In this document: positions 37,606 to 49,599 of the stretch, one piece after another
Position numbering within the stretch: the first letter of the stretch is position 1
Layout: each line of letters starts with the position of its first letter
Source: Vicugna vicugna
Taxonomy: Eukaryota
Assembly (NCBI GenBank): GCA_013265495.1
Contig: MU058009.1
Location: 684,001-748,000, forward strand
DNA length: 64,000 nucleotides
Reading direction: 5' to 3'
The notes under the pieces: generated by a model
Seen by the model: only the letters and a program-made list of their open reading frames with translations
What the model was told of the DNA's origin: nothing
Database searches by the model: none
Position numbers and translations under genes: made by a program

Positions 37606-38569
37606 AATTTACTAGGCATAGGAAAATATACAAAAATGTAGCAATTGATATTCAAGAGAAAGAACAATCAACAGAAACAGACCCAGATGTTGGATTTAGC
37701 AGATGAAGAGTGTATAGAGCTATTATGTTTATGTTCAAGAATGTAAAAGAGAATAAGGCAGTAATGAGTGAGCACGGAGGGAATTGCACTATGGAAATTT
37801 AATTTATAAGCAGCCCACGAGTCAGAGGAGAAATCACAGGAAACATTTAGAAAATAGAACTAAATGGTAATAAAAATACAATATATTAGAATTTGTTTGT
37901 TTCCAAAGCAATGCCTAGAAGGAAATTTATAATATTAAAATGCCTCTACAAAAAAAAAAAAGATATGGTATCAATGGCCTAGGTTTGTACCTAAGGAAGC
38001 TAGGAAAAGAAGAGCAAAGTAGAACTAAAATAAATAGAAGGAAAAAATAATAGATAAGAGCAGAAATGAGTGAAATAGAATACTCACAGATAGAGAAAAT
38101 TAACAAGGCCAAACGTTGGTTGTCTGAAGAAAATCGACAAAATTGATAAACTCCTAGGTGGACCCATCAAGGAGAAAAGAGAAAAAATAAATTAACAGCA
38201 TCAAGAATGTACGTAATTATCACCATGGAACATATATATTCATACACGTCTATCTATATATATGTATATACAGACACATATTATATATAAAATATATCAT
38301 ATATAGAGAGAAAAATAAGGGGCTACTATGAACAACAAAATGATACTAAATTCAACAACTTCATTGAAAGAAACAAATATTTTGAAAAATACAATTACCC
38401 ATGTTGATACAAGATGAAATAGAAAAGCTTAGTAGCCTTACAGCTGTTAAAGAAACTAAACTTCTTATCCCTCAAAGAGAACTCCAGACCCAGAGTGTTT
38501 CACTGGTGATTGCTCTCATCAACATAATACTATTCTTCACTGACTCTTTCAGGAAATAAAAGGTAACCA

Positions 38570-38790
38570 CTACTGAATACTTATTTACCAGACACTGCTA
38601 AGAATTTCATATACAATCTCTTATCTTATTCTTCTAATATCCCTGTGATGTAGGACGTATGTTTTATCCCCAGTTTATTGATGAGGAAACCGGCTAAGAC
38701 AGGCTAATTACCTGAGGTCACATTGTTAGTAATGGAGCAGCCCGGACTTGACCTTGAAGGAGTTTGACTTTGAAATTCATTCTTAACCAA
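38570..38790 (-). mobile_element. MIR SINE
   Basis: tactgaatacttatttaccagacactgctaag...atccccagtttattgatgaggaaacc...gaggtcacat. Confidence 0.7.
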
Positions 38791-39734
38791 CGTGCCACCC
38801 TGCTTTCCCCATGGTGCGCCGCTATGCTTTCCATAATATATCGTCTGATGCATAGTAGCTCACAGCACACACCTAGCATATGAATGAACCAGGACCTCAG
38901 CTCAAATCTTTCAGTAAGGAAATGTTTATTCTAATGGCTTGAAAGACAAGTGCAGCGTACAAGGATCACAAAACCCAGTGAGAGCCTTGGATTCTCTCTC
39001 CTGACTACCTCTTGTTTCCTGACATTATGCAGTAATTTCCAGCCTCCAGGCTCTTCTGTTCCTTGTAGCTTAGATGCCTTTTGCCCTTCTGTCTACTCAT
39101 CTCCAGACCATCAGAATGTCTCCATGCTTCCAGGATAACCTGCTTCCAGTTGCTTCCTGCAGCCTCACCCCCTCTTTTCAAGTTGGGGAAACTGCACTTG
39201 AGAAACTTTTATCCAGTTATTTAGCGTTTGAGCACATAGAGGGGTTGTGGTGTCGTGTTAACAGTGGGAGCACTCACTCAAAAACTCACCTTTGTTGTTT
39301 AAGGTAAAAAGGCAATAAAATATAGCTCTTTACCAATTTGGCAAATATAAGGTTTGAAAAAGGCCATTTATGAGAATGAGATATATTCACATGTTATTGC
39401 TTAAAATCTGTTTCTTGGAGTCTCTTGCTCTTCCTGTGGGCCTTGCAAATCGCAGCTACAACTCTTTTACTCTGTGTTTATGTTACAGCAGTAGAGGTGC
39501 CAAGTGTCAGTGAGAGGGAAGAGCTGAAAAAAGTTGATGAGCTAAGCACAGTGCCATTGGAATTGGAAAAAACTGCAAATTTCTGACTGAAGGAAAAATT
39601 AATCAGTTTAGTTAGTTAAAAATATGAAGAACTCCCTGCCCCAAAACAGGCATTACTGGAGAGTGGTTTTCAAGAGCTTTCACTAGATTTTTTTTTTTTT
39701 TGGTGTGGGGGGTTGGAGGGCAGCAAGCGGTTCT

Positions 39735-40003
39735 TTTTCTTTTTTTTTTTTATGAAGGAGTAATTTATATATCATAAAACTCACCCACTTCAAGTGCAAA
39801 AGTAAATGATCTTTTGTCACTTTACCCAGTTGTGCAACTATCAACATAACCAGTTTCAGAACAGTTTTATGACCCCAGTGTGGTCCCTCATGCTTCTTGA
39901 TAGTTAATTCCCATTTTCCTCCCAGCCCCAGGCAACCACAAATCTACTTTCTGTCTCTATAGGTTCACCTATTTGGGACGTTTAACATAAATGCAACTGT
40001 ACC
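39735..40003 (-). mobile_element. L1 3' end (L1MB-like), 5'-truncated
   Basis: poly(T), then cataaaactcacccacttcaagtg...agttgtgcaactatca...cccagccccaggcaaccacaaatctactttctgtctctatag. Confidence 0.8.
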
Positions 40004-40144
40004 ATCTTATGTCAAAGTAAGGCCACCGGTGGGAAAGGAGTGGAATCGCATGATGTGGGAGGGGACATTTAGGCAGATGAATCAGAAGCTGGAGACGTAA
40101 CTTTCCATAGAGGGATGGCATTACCAATGGCAACCGCGATCTCA

Positions 40145-41009
40145 CACCCATTGAGTCTGCTCTCATACAATTCTTTAATATAATCTGCAATACAGACAGG
40201 TGGTGTCCTCAGCTCTTTCCATGCATAGCCTAAGTCTTCCAGGCCCAGGTTCTCCGTCTGGGATCTGGTTCTTCTTATGGTCCTGGGGGTGATGCAGGGT
40301 AGTAGGTGATGAGAGGGGGTGGTTCTGCAGGAGGTCAGTGATGCCTTGTAAAATAGTTGCCTCATGTAAATCATTAATGTTTTTTTTTTTACACAAGGGA
40401 AGGCAGTTTCCATCAGGCAGGGCTGCGGTGAGGGGCTTCTATAGATAAAGGAGGTTCGGAGGGGTTTGCAGATCCAGAGTTCTCACACCCTTCTGATTCA
40501 TCTGACTAAATGCCCCCTCCTGTGCCATGGGATTCCTCTCCTCTCCTCTCCTCTCCCACCGGTGGCCTTACCTTGACATAAGACATCTGGCGAATTTTGA
40601 TATTTAATTGCCACGGTGTCTTTGCTCAGCCATAACCGCCCTGCAGCCACAGGGATGAGGGCCTCCTTCAAAGCCGTCATGGAACCTTCCTGACTTTCCA
40701 CCCAAGTCCTGAGCTGGGAATTGAAGAGCTTCCGTCTGTCCTTCTCCCTGTGTGCTCTCTCTCTGGCTGGCGGGAGCAGCGTCACCTGACCTCACAGCTT
40801 CAGAATCCCTATAGCCATTTCAATGCCACAGCTTCCTGATTGCTGCCTGTCTCATGCTGCCATGCTTGTTAATTGGAGTGATCTTAATGCCGTTGAAAGC
40901 AGATAACCAGCATTCTGTTTCCCTCTTTCAAGGTTATGCATGTGCTCCTGAAATCCATCCCCTGAATCACACTGGAGGGCTGTTTCCTTGGTGCCACTCT
41001 TGGTACCTG
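40145..41009 (-). mobile_element. ERVL internal region: PBS plus degenerate gag 5' part
   Basis: Minus strand: ggtaccaagagtgg (41007-40994; ERVL Leu-type PBS-like) just after the LTR; aattcccagctcagg...gaaagtcaggaaggttccatgacggctttgaaggaggccctcatc...tcttatgtcaagg resembles ERVL gag (ORF 40498-40785 remnant ESQEGSMTALKEALI). Confidence 0.65.
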
Positions 41010-41010
41010 C

Positions 41011-41303
41011 TACTAAATCAGTCAGGGTCCCAGTGGAGAACAGATGGGTGCCGATTACTCAACCTGTGTAGCTGAAGAGAGTTTAATAAAGGGATTTTCT
41101 GCGAAAGGGTGGGGACCTTAACAGTAACTTTCCTCCAGCTTGCTGATCTCTTACTTGTACTTCTCAAGGGCCAAACCCAGCTAGAAACCAGAGAGGAAGA
41201 TAACCCCTATAGGCCAAATTTCCTGGTGCACAGAGCAGGGTGGAGAAAGTAGAGGGTGCATTTGGAAATGTCGTGCAAATATGCAAAGTGAAAATATACA
41301 GCA
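41011..41303 (-). mobile_element. ERVL 5' LTR (LTR33-like, internally deleted)
   Basis: atcagtcagggtcccagtggagaacagatgg...gagagtttaataaaggga; ends aaaatatacagca; homologous to the LTR at 4600-5038 in opposite orientation. Confidence 0.7.
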
Positions 41304-41339
41304 TAGCTTAAAAATCCAATTCAACTACCAAAACATGTT

Positions 41340-41770
41340 AGTGAAGACAGTAGTGTGAGACAAGGTTGGGAAAGTAATTTAGGACCAGCACTGGTGTGCT
41401 TGAAATGCTAAGAATGTGTCCCCTAACCTCTGCCTCCGGTAGGTAATAGGTTATCATAAAAGCCTTTTGAACAAGGAAATGACATAATCAGAGGCATGCC
41501 TTTGATCGATTTTTAATATGGCAAAAATGTGGAAGATCAATTAGAGTGTTAACAGGCCAGGCAGGGGCCACTGCTGGGGGTGATGACAGACTAGACACGG
41601 GTTAGTGAGGGTCTGTGCCCTGGTAGAGAGAACAGAGAGTGGGGAGTTAATACAAGAGCAGAATTGACAAACACTAGAAACCGGCTGGTTGTAAATGACA
41701 ACAAAGGGGAAAGAGTGCAGGGTGACCGGCACGTTCTCCAGAAAAAGCGGGGTTGGGAGCTTGTCTGAGG
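41340..41770 (-). mobile_element. L2 LINE fragment
   Basis: ccttttgaacaaggaaatgacataatcaga...gaattgacaaacactagaaaccggctgg. Confidence 0.55.
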
Positions 41771-42289
41771 TGCGCGGTGTGCAGACGAAGCCGGCTGTTA
41801 GCATTCTCATTAGGAAGAGAACTGAAGTCTCTACTAGACAAAGTTAATATGGTTTGATGGGGAATTTCTAGCAGCCTAATTTGATTTTCCTATCACATTA
41901 TTAAGATATTAAAGAAAATGATTAATAATAGAGAATCCTATAACTTGAAAGAAATCTCAGCTTAGAGGAAACATTCACACAATGATTTTAATCCCTTGAT
42001 ATGGAGATGACATCTTTTCTAGAACTGAATGAACATTTTCAAACATGGGCTGTTAATATTTGACATGCCAACTGAAATATGCACAACTTATGCTCTGAAT
42101 ATGCTATGAATACGATGAGGTCTAGACTTTTCCTGGTTTAGGAGGGCCACATGTTCACTGACGTTTACTGGGTGTCTAGCTAGGTCTTTCAGTTTTAACA
42201 GCTATTGGGCCTTTGAGAGCAAAACTTCCTTCTTTCCCACACTGATGATGTTGAAAAATATCAATAACAGCAATAATAAAATGATGAAA

Positions 42290-42500
42290 ATTAGCTAATG
42301 TTTGTCAGCTACTTACTACATGCCAAACACTATGCTAGGACTTTCTTATTTAATCATCACACATCCCTCTGCCATAGGTACTATTTTTAACTCAATTTTA
42401 CACATAAAGAAGGAAGCACAGAGAAGTTAATTAGTTACCCAAGATCACACAGCTAGTAAGTGGTAAAGCCTAATTAAGAATCCAAGCGATGGCACTCTAC
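42290..42500 (-). mobile_element. MIR SINE
   Basis: acttactacatgccaaacactatgctagg...ataggtactatt...cacagagaagttaattagttacccaagatcacacagctagtaagtgg. Confidence 0.8.
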
Positions 42501-43600
42501 CTTGATGACAACTGGGTTTTCCTTGAGATCAAGGTATGGAGCTAGAGAGAGAAGGTGTTAGGAGAGGATGACCCGATAAGAACTGTGAGGGCAGGTAAAG
42601 TGAGACAGCCAATTAGTTGGGGAGCTGGGGAATTGACTACCCTGGCTACAGTCTCCTCCTCTGGATCTACTGTTGATCCCTCCCATTGGCTGAACTCAAC
42701 CAACTAGAACCTGGAGGAAAAAGGGGTCAATCGATACAGACTATGTTAAGTCAACTTTCTGTAGCACAAAGCATCTCTGGAAATGTCCTAGGTCTTCCTG
42801 AGGCTTTGGTGAGTTTCCAGACAGGTGTGATTTTTTTGATTCCCTTCCCTTCAGAACCCTGACTTACCACTGTCTCTATCCTGAGGAGACCCACCAATGA
42901 AACTCAGTACTTGCCAGTTCTTCTCAAAGACCCTCTTCCCAATGCTTCCAAAGCACTAGGGTGCATCATAAGAACTCACATCTTATTAGTTCTGTTTTCT
43001 TAAGTAGCTGCCCAAACTCTACTCAGCCTCTGGGCTCCACAAATATCCTCCCTCCCTTCTTGATCTCCATCCTCCCATTTCAATGTCTTCTTGCCTTTTC
43101 ATTCAGGGCGACCAGGTTCTCTCTGGCTCCAGATCTTGGACTCACACTCCTGTCAAGTAGCTCATCAGATCAAAGTCCATCTGTTTCATGTTCACTCTCT
43201 TTGGAGTCACAGTACATTTCCTGCTATATAGAGGGTGTAGCATGCATGCAAAGGAAGTAGGTTCTTGGTTTTTCTACTACAGGACTGAGGGAGAGCTCGT
43301 TGACCAGAAGGTGTGATTTCATGGATGTAGAGATATTCATTGTCCCCAGATGCTGCCTCAACCGTGGACAGGCTGCATAGAATAGTAGAAAATGGAATGT
43401 AGAGTAGAAATACATGGGTTTTAAGTACTAACCCAACCATTACTAGTTTTTGTTACATGGAATAGTTCACTTGAACTCAAGTGAACCGTTAACACCTGCA
43501 CATCGTAGTATTAGTACATAGAATCAGAGGCAATTCCCCATCAGTCTCTTATATTTCTGCGTACCTTACAGAGGTATTGAGTGCCTTTGTTTGAGACTCA

Positions 43601-43792
43601 TTTTTAAAGGAGATTATATATATATACTTTTTTAAAGAAGGTATATATATATACTTTTTAAAAAGGATTATATATATATACTTTTTTAAAGTGTGCATAT
43701 ATATATACATACACTTTTTCAAAGGGTGTATATATACACTTTTAAAAGGATATATATATACACATATACTTTTTTAAAGGAGATATATATAT
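43601..43792. repeat. AT-rich minisatellite, 7 units of ~23-33 bp (TTTTTTAAAGGAGATATATATATAC-like)
   Basis: Units start at about 43601, 43628, 43655, 43682, 43715, 43740 and 43770. Confidence 0.85.
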
Positions 43793-43871
43793 GGAGAGAG
43801 AGAGAGAGCACAAACATCCATCTGGAGAGAAGGGAAAGCATCTACTTCCAGTATGATAAAGACGACATACA

Positions 43872-44046
43872 GATACAAACTACTGTATATAAAATAGATT
43901 AAAAAAATAAGGCCCTGCTGTATAACACCGAGCACTATACTCAATACCTTGTAACGAAGCCTGGTGAAAAGTACACATACTGGATCACTCTGCTGTACAC
44001 CAGAAACTAGCACAACACTGCAAATCAACTCTTCTTCAATAAAGAA
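43872..44046 (+). mobile_element. 5'-truncated L1 3' end with degenerate TSD
   Basis: aaactactgtatataaaatagat...atcactctgctgtacaccagaaactagcacaacactgcaaatcaac...caataaa; TSD aaagacgacataca 43858-43871 / aaagacaacgtgca 44047-44060. Confidence 0.8.
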
Positions 44047-44179
44047 AAAGACAACGTGCAAAGACAGGTATGCTTAACGCACAACGTATAAGGCTTGGTT
44101 CCTTATGGTTAGTGTTTGTTATCCTTTTATTTATTTATTTATTGTTATTTATTTTTGTTACTCTTTTATAATGGAGCTT

Positions 44180-44406
44180 ATTGCCTTTTCCGGCGTCACC
44201 TGGTCCAGCAACTGAGGGAACTGGACTCTGGGAACTGGGGCTAGATGCTTTTCCTCTAGCTATGACAACTGCTGTGGGTAATAACCCTTTATCTCTGAAC
44301 CAGGAGTTTCATGTCTCCTTCCAGCATCCATGACACTGTGGCCGTCTAACTTGTCAGCTTGCAAATAGGGTAGAATCTATCCCATTTAAATTCTTAATTC
44401 TTGATA
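44180..44406 (+). mobile_element. ERV1-class LTR 3' fragment (MER90/MER110-like)
   Basis: tctctgaaccaggagtttcatgtctccttccagcatccatgacactgtggccgtctaacttgtcagcttgcaaatagggtagaatct. Confidence 0.55.
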
Positions 44407-46811
44407 CCTGGTGTAGAGAAAGAGATTGTAGCAGAGACAACACTGGACCAGGAGTCGGTCGAGCAGCTGGCTGTGAAACTTCCTAGCAGTGTGACCTTAG
44501 AGAAGTATACGAGCAGGCAGAACTTCAGTTTCTTCAGTAGGAATGTGGGGACAGGAAAACATGCGTTACCTGCCTCGGAGTATCTCTGTGGGAATCAAAT
44601 ATGACAATGCTTATGCAAATATTTTGAATGGTTATGAAGGTACTCTATTATACTGGAAAACAGTAGTCTTTCTAATATACTCTAAAAAGGAGCATGCTTT
44701 TTCTGATATATATTTTGAGAAGGACCACCCTGGTTGCATAGTGGGCGGTAATGAGCATGGGCATTTCTCAATATTACATTTGATTTGCCTCCTATTATAT
44801 TTCACTAGTAGTCTCCAATTAATTTAATGTGCATTTAAAAATCCAAAGTAATAATTTCAAAGAATAAGTATAAGCAAACTGCACAGGACACTTCAAAATG
44901 AGCAGAAGGGGTTTTTCTGATTTAACTGCTCATAGTTCCTAATGAGAGAGGTTCACGAGGATGCACAGAGGGAAGAGCCATCATGCTAGGGATCAAGGGG
45001 CATGCCTATTGCTCGGAAGCTTCAAACATCCATCCTTGAGTGAAGATGAGCTCTACATAGTACCGTGGTGACAAAAGCACTTGCCAAAGAGTGATTCTAG
45101 AGAAGTATGATTGGGAAAACACTAGTTTAGAATGGAGAGAAAATTCAGGTCTATGCACTGAGAAATGAATTGGGGTAGTTTAGCTAATCAAAACACATCT
45201 ATCCTGTCTCAATTAATTTTTCAATGTACAGGTATGATTATTAACAAATTAATTAAGTTCAAGATCACTTGCTATGTCCCCTGGAGCCAAGGAGAGAGCT
45301 CATGGTTCCCTTTCCTCTCTAGGAATAATGGTAACATCGGCTTGGGGCCCCTTGCTTGTGAACTAGTGTATGCTTTCTATTACTCTCTGATTGCTTCTTT
45401 GGTCTACATTTTGTTTCCACAAACAGACTAAATTGATCACATAGATAACACCTCTGACTCTGCTTAGAACTCCCAGAATGAATTGCACAACAACAGGGGT
45501 GTCTTCATCTCTGTTTTGCTCAGTGGAACTGAATTGTTTGAAAGAGAAAGTGCTGGAGAAGGATGGAGGCTCTTCCCAAGCTCAAATGGGAAAGCGGCAG
45601 TGAGCTCTGCTGGAGAAATACAAAGGAGGCGGAGTCATCCCGTTGGCTCTGGCTGCAACCCCTTTGAGTAATTGCATCCTGTCTCCCGAAAGCTCCCCCT
45701 GCAGGTCCAATCAGAGGTCACACTCAGCTTCACTCTTTTCCCAAAGTCTGTGCTCTGAGAAATACAGGCTGTGACCAAGGAGTGGATAAACGGTCCAGGA
45801 AGCTGAGTCAGTGTGACAGAGAGGCTGATGGCAGCCCTGCGGTCCCCCCATCTCCGCATGCCCTGGTGTGTCTCATCTACAGGGAGGTGACTTGCATTGT
45901 CCCCTGAACAGAGGGCACAAAATCAGGGATAAAAAAATTCTTGAAGAAACGCAATTTTGGTGAAGTCCTCTTCCTCCCTGCAGGGGAGGATAGTGCCATG
46001 ATCTGATGAGCTGTGAGCCATACAGACAGGTATTGGGTTTTGGAAATTCAGGGCCTCCCACGGTTTGACTTTTGCCTAAATTATTTAGATACTTCATGCA
46101 GTTCTGGTCACAGTGCTGCTCTCCAAGAGAAGGAAGAGGGGAGGTGGGGAGATGGGCCCTCCCACCCCCATGACACCCCCCCATCCATTAAGAACAGGCT
46201 TCTCAATGATTTCCTCTTCTTGTCCCCTAATGAAGTCAAATTGACTCTGATTGTCATCCATAATTAATGAGCCCATCGGTTCTCTGCATCTCCAGGCCAT
46301 TTGGCAGATGGCACTGTCGATTTACTATCGTGGTTGCCATTCTGGAAGCTTCTCAAAGTGGTTTATGCTGTGAAGGCTAGTTAGACAAGTCTTTACACTT
46401 CAGGCATTCTCCAGGTTTTGACATTCTCTGTGCCACTTTTTCCTCCTGGGACTGTGGCAGAAGAGGAATCACCCGGGCCTCTTGTCAGAGTCCATTTTCC
46501 CCCCTCTGTGGCAAGGTGAATAAAACAAGAAAACGTATATGTATTTATACAGCCAATGAGAAAATACGTTGGTTAAGATAAATGGCACTGCAGGGAAGGT
46601 ATGAGGCACTCAGTGACCCAACATCAAAAGAAAGATTTATTTTGAAGGTTCGTACGTATCCAAGGAGCAGTATTCAACCAAAATTCGAATGCTTATACAC
46701 TTCAAAAAAATATTTTTTGGAGTCCAAGCTAAGATAAATAGCTCAAGTATTAGTGAGAGCTGAGTGAACCCAGGTAAAAGTTTGAAAAAAAAATAACACA
46801 GCAGGAGTGGT

Positions 46812-46962
46812 GTACATACATATATATATATATATATACACACACACATATATACACACACATATATAATGTCTGCATATATTAATATATATATTACATC
46901 TGCATGTACTAATACATTTATACATCTATATATATGTACAAATATATATATGCATGTATATC
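46812..46962. repeat. (TA)n/(CA)n low-complexity tract
   Basis: Directly visible. Confidence 0.9.
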
Positions 46963-49099
46963 TAGATGCAACTTAGGGAAAAAGATCACCACGCCTTTTC
47001 CTGTCACTGGGCCTTTTCCCGTCACCAGGGCTGGGATTCTGACATTAATTCAGTGTTAGAAAAGGACCAGGTAAGGTGGGGCACCCGATGGGACGCACCA
47101 AGCACACAGCTGTAGCAGACACAAATGCGCCACGTCAGTGCAAAGACTCAGGGTAAATCCTAGACCCATATTACAAACCATGCACCCTTTCCGAGGTTCT
47201 TTTAGAAAATTACACTTGGTAAAACGCCCACACACACCAAGGAATGTTACCTGCGTTCTCTTGTTTGGAGGTGTCTTCTGTTTATAAGATATGAATCTAG
47301 AGCCAATGAGGTTCCTCAGAAAATAGGCACATTTTTGTTTAGATGCCTTAACAAAAATCTCTTCCAGCGATGGAGAAAAGGCAGGTCCAACAATGGAATT
47401 TTCTCTGCACAGATTCTGCCTCTGGGGAACAGGTTCCGTCCTGGAATCCAAGGAATTTCTCTTTATCGTCCGAGGCTGTTGCCTAATTTTGCTAATCACT
47501 AGCTTCCTGTTAAGCAGTTGAATTCAATGTCAAGTCAGCTTCATAAGAGACCTACTTTCTCACCATGATGTTACTTTTTACATCGCAGCTCCTGATTCAG
47601 TCCACAATGTCTGGAAGGTTTAAAATACTTAACGTTTCTCCATGGGAGGATACCTTTGTTTACTTTTCTCAAAGCAGAAACCTTTGGGATACCTCATCTA
47701 ATACAGGAAAAGTCCCAGATGAGCAGACAAAAGCCCCTTCCAACAAACATGGGAACCAAGATGGCTGGATTGAGAGCACAGAAGCCTTAAGTGCAAAAAG
47801 ACATAAAACACGTGTGAGGGAGCTTCCCGCTGTCTCTGGGAGTGTTGGGAGCTTGGTACTGAATGAGTCAGGGTTTGACAGGTATATCTTTTAGAAGAGA
47901 GAGGACATAAAAATACAGGTTTTGCATGGAAAGTTGGTGTTTTTCATAAACCTTCCCTCCCCCTGGTCCAGTACCCGGTGCTGTATCCCACCTAGGTGAT
48001 CCTTCTCCTGCACGACCCCATCGCGGCCTCCATGTGGCGGCTCTGTCAGCTCTGCACTGGGTACGCCCCCCTCAGTGATCAGCGAGCGCAGCTCCTTCAA
48101 GGAGAAGTAAAAACGTACGGCCACCTACAGACCTGCGCTGTCACACGTCTGAGAGAAGCTGCTAGGAAGTTCAGGCGAATTATGAACGCGGCCACCTCCT
48201 TCTTCCTCTGCCATCTTGGTAACCCATTCTTGGACTCACGAACATAACAACCTAGTCCAAATGTTCTACATGAAGAGAAGAGGTTGTTGACATCTGAGAG
48301 AAATGGAGGCACTGGAATTTCAGGTGTGATGTCTTGGAAATAAGGTAACTCACATACTCATTGGTGTCTTATGGGTTTCCTGACCCTGCGCTCTCTGCTT
48401 GTCTTAGAAGAACTCGGTACTGTTGGTAAGCTGGCAGTGAGGAGGGGGCAGATATAGTTGCTCCTTGCCATTGTAGTCTTTGTTTAAAATAGCATTCTGT
48501 ATTTTCTTTAAATTACCAAAATACTAATCATTGTTGAAATCTTCTAAATAGCAATATATATATATATACACACACACACAAAATTATATATACCGTAATT
48601 TCACAATCCAGAAATCACTGCTATTAAAATTAAGAGTAATAATATTTTGGAATGTTAGTATTTTAGATATAAATATTAATACTTGGAGTATGTACTCACA
48701 ACATGAATAATTCGGCTCATACTATATAAGCAATTTTGTATCTTTTAAAACTTAATATAACAAGAGCATTTTTGTCAGGCTAATAAAACTCATTAAATAG
48801 GTAGTTTTTAACGATCGCACAGAAGATATTTCATTAGAGGGCAGTGCCATGTTTTATTTAGTCCTAGTGATTTTGAGAGATAGAAGAAATGACTATTGTT
48901 GAAATCAAATATTAGGGTGTTCCCAGAATATGTGAAAAGATTGGGAATTCAATTCAGTTCTATTCCACAAGAGTTCAATGGCTGCCTGCCACATGCAAGG
49001 TCATCTGTTAATTCTGGGGCCACCAGGATGAGCCTACGCATATCTTTTCTTCAAGAGATTCCATGAGTAATACTAACAACCAATTTATAGTTATGCTAA

Positions 49100-49240
49100 C
49101 TTCTCCCATGTAATTACCATTCATTTGACCTTCACAGAGGCCAGGAGGTGGGGAGAGCTTGCCACGCCCATTTTACAGATGAGACTCACAGGGTTTAATG
49201 GCCTGTTCATAGTCACCCAGCAAGTCAGTGGCAGTTTTCC
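49100..49240 (-). mobile_element. MIR SINE
   Basis: cccattttacagatgagactcacagggtttaatggcctgttcatagtcacccagcaagtcagtggcag. Confidence 0.75.
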
Positions 49241-49599
49241 TCTGTACCCCGTGCTGCCTCTGAGCCCTGTGCTCTGGGTTCCCCCAGCAGGGCTCTCTGT
49301 CCCCATTCCTGCTGTGTCCTTGTCCTTCATCACCGCTTACCTCTGGCTAAGGGCTTGCTGTGAGGAGGACGGGCAGGCCTCCTGCTTCCTTTGGTCTCCC
49401 TTCATCCACCCCATCCTCCCCGTGTCCCCAGGATGATGCTCTCGCTGAGAATTAGTAATACGTAGACCCCGTAACACCAGCCTACCCAGAGGCTGAAAGG
49501 AAGAGGCTGTGAAGGGAAATCTTTCAGGAAGGAGGGATGGCGAGGAGGCTGGGACAAGGGAAGGGAAGGAAGGAGAATGTGGAAACCCAGGCAGCCAAC

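Larger units (their letters stand above)
36400..38560 (+). mobile_element. Old L1 (L1ME-like) relic with 5'/ORF1 and ORF2 fragments, interrupted by a younger L1-derived insert
   Basis: ORF1-start-like aacagaaacagacccagatgttggatttagcaga (~37670); ORF2-like aaggaagctaggaaaagaagagcaa...atagagaaaattaacaaggccaaacgttggttgtctgaa...gacaaaattgataaactcct (37990-38160); many stops. Confidence 0.7.
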
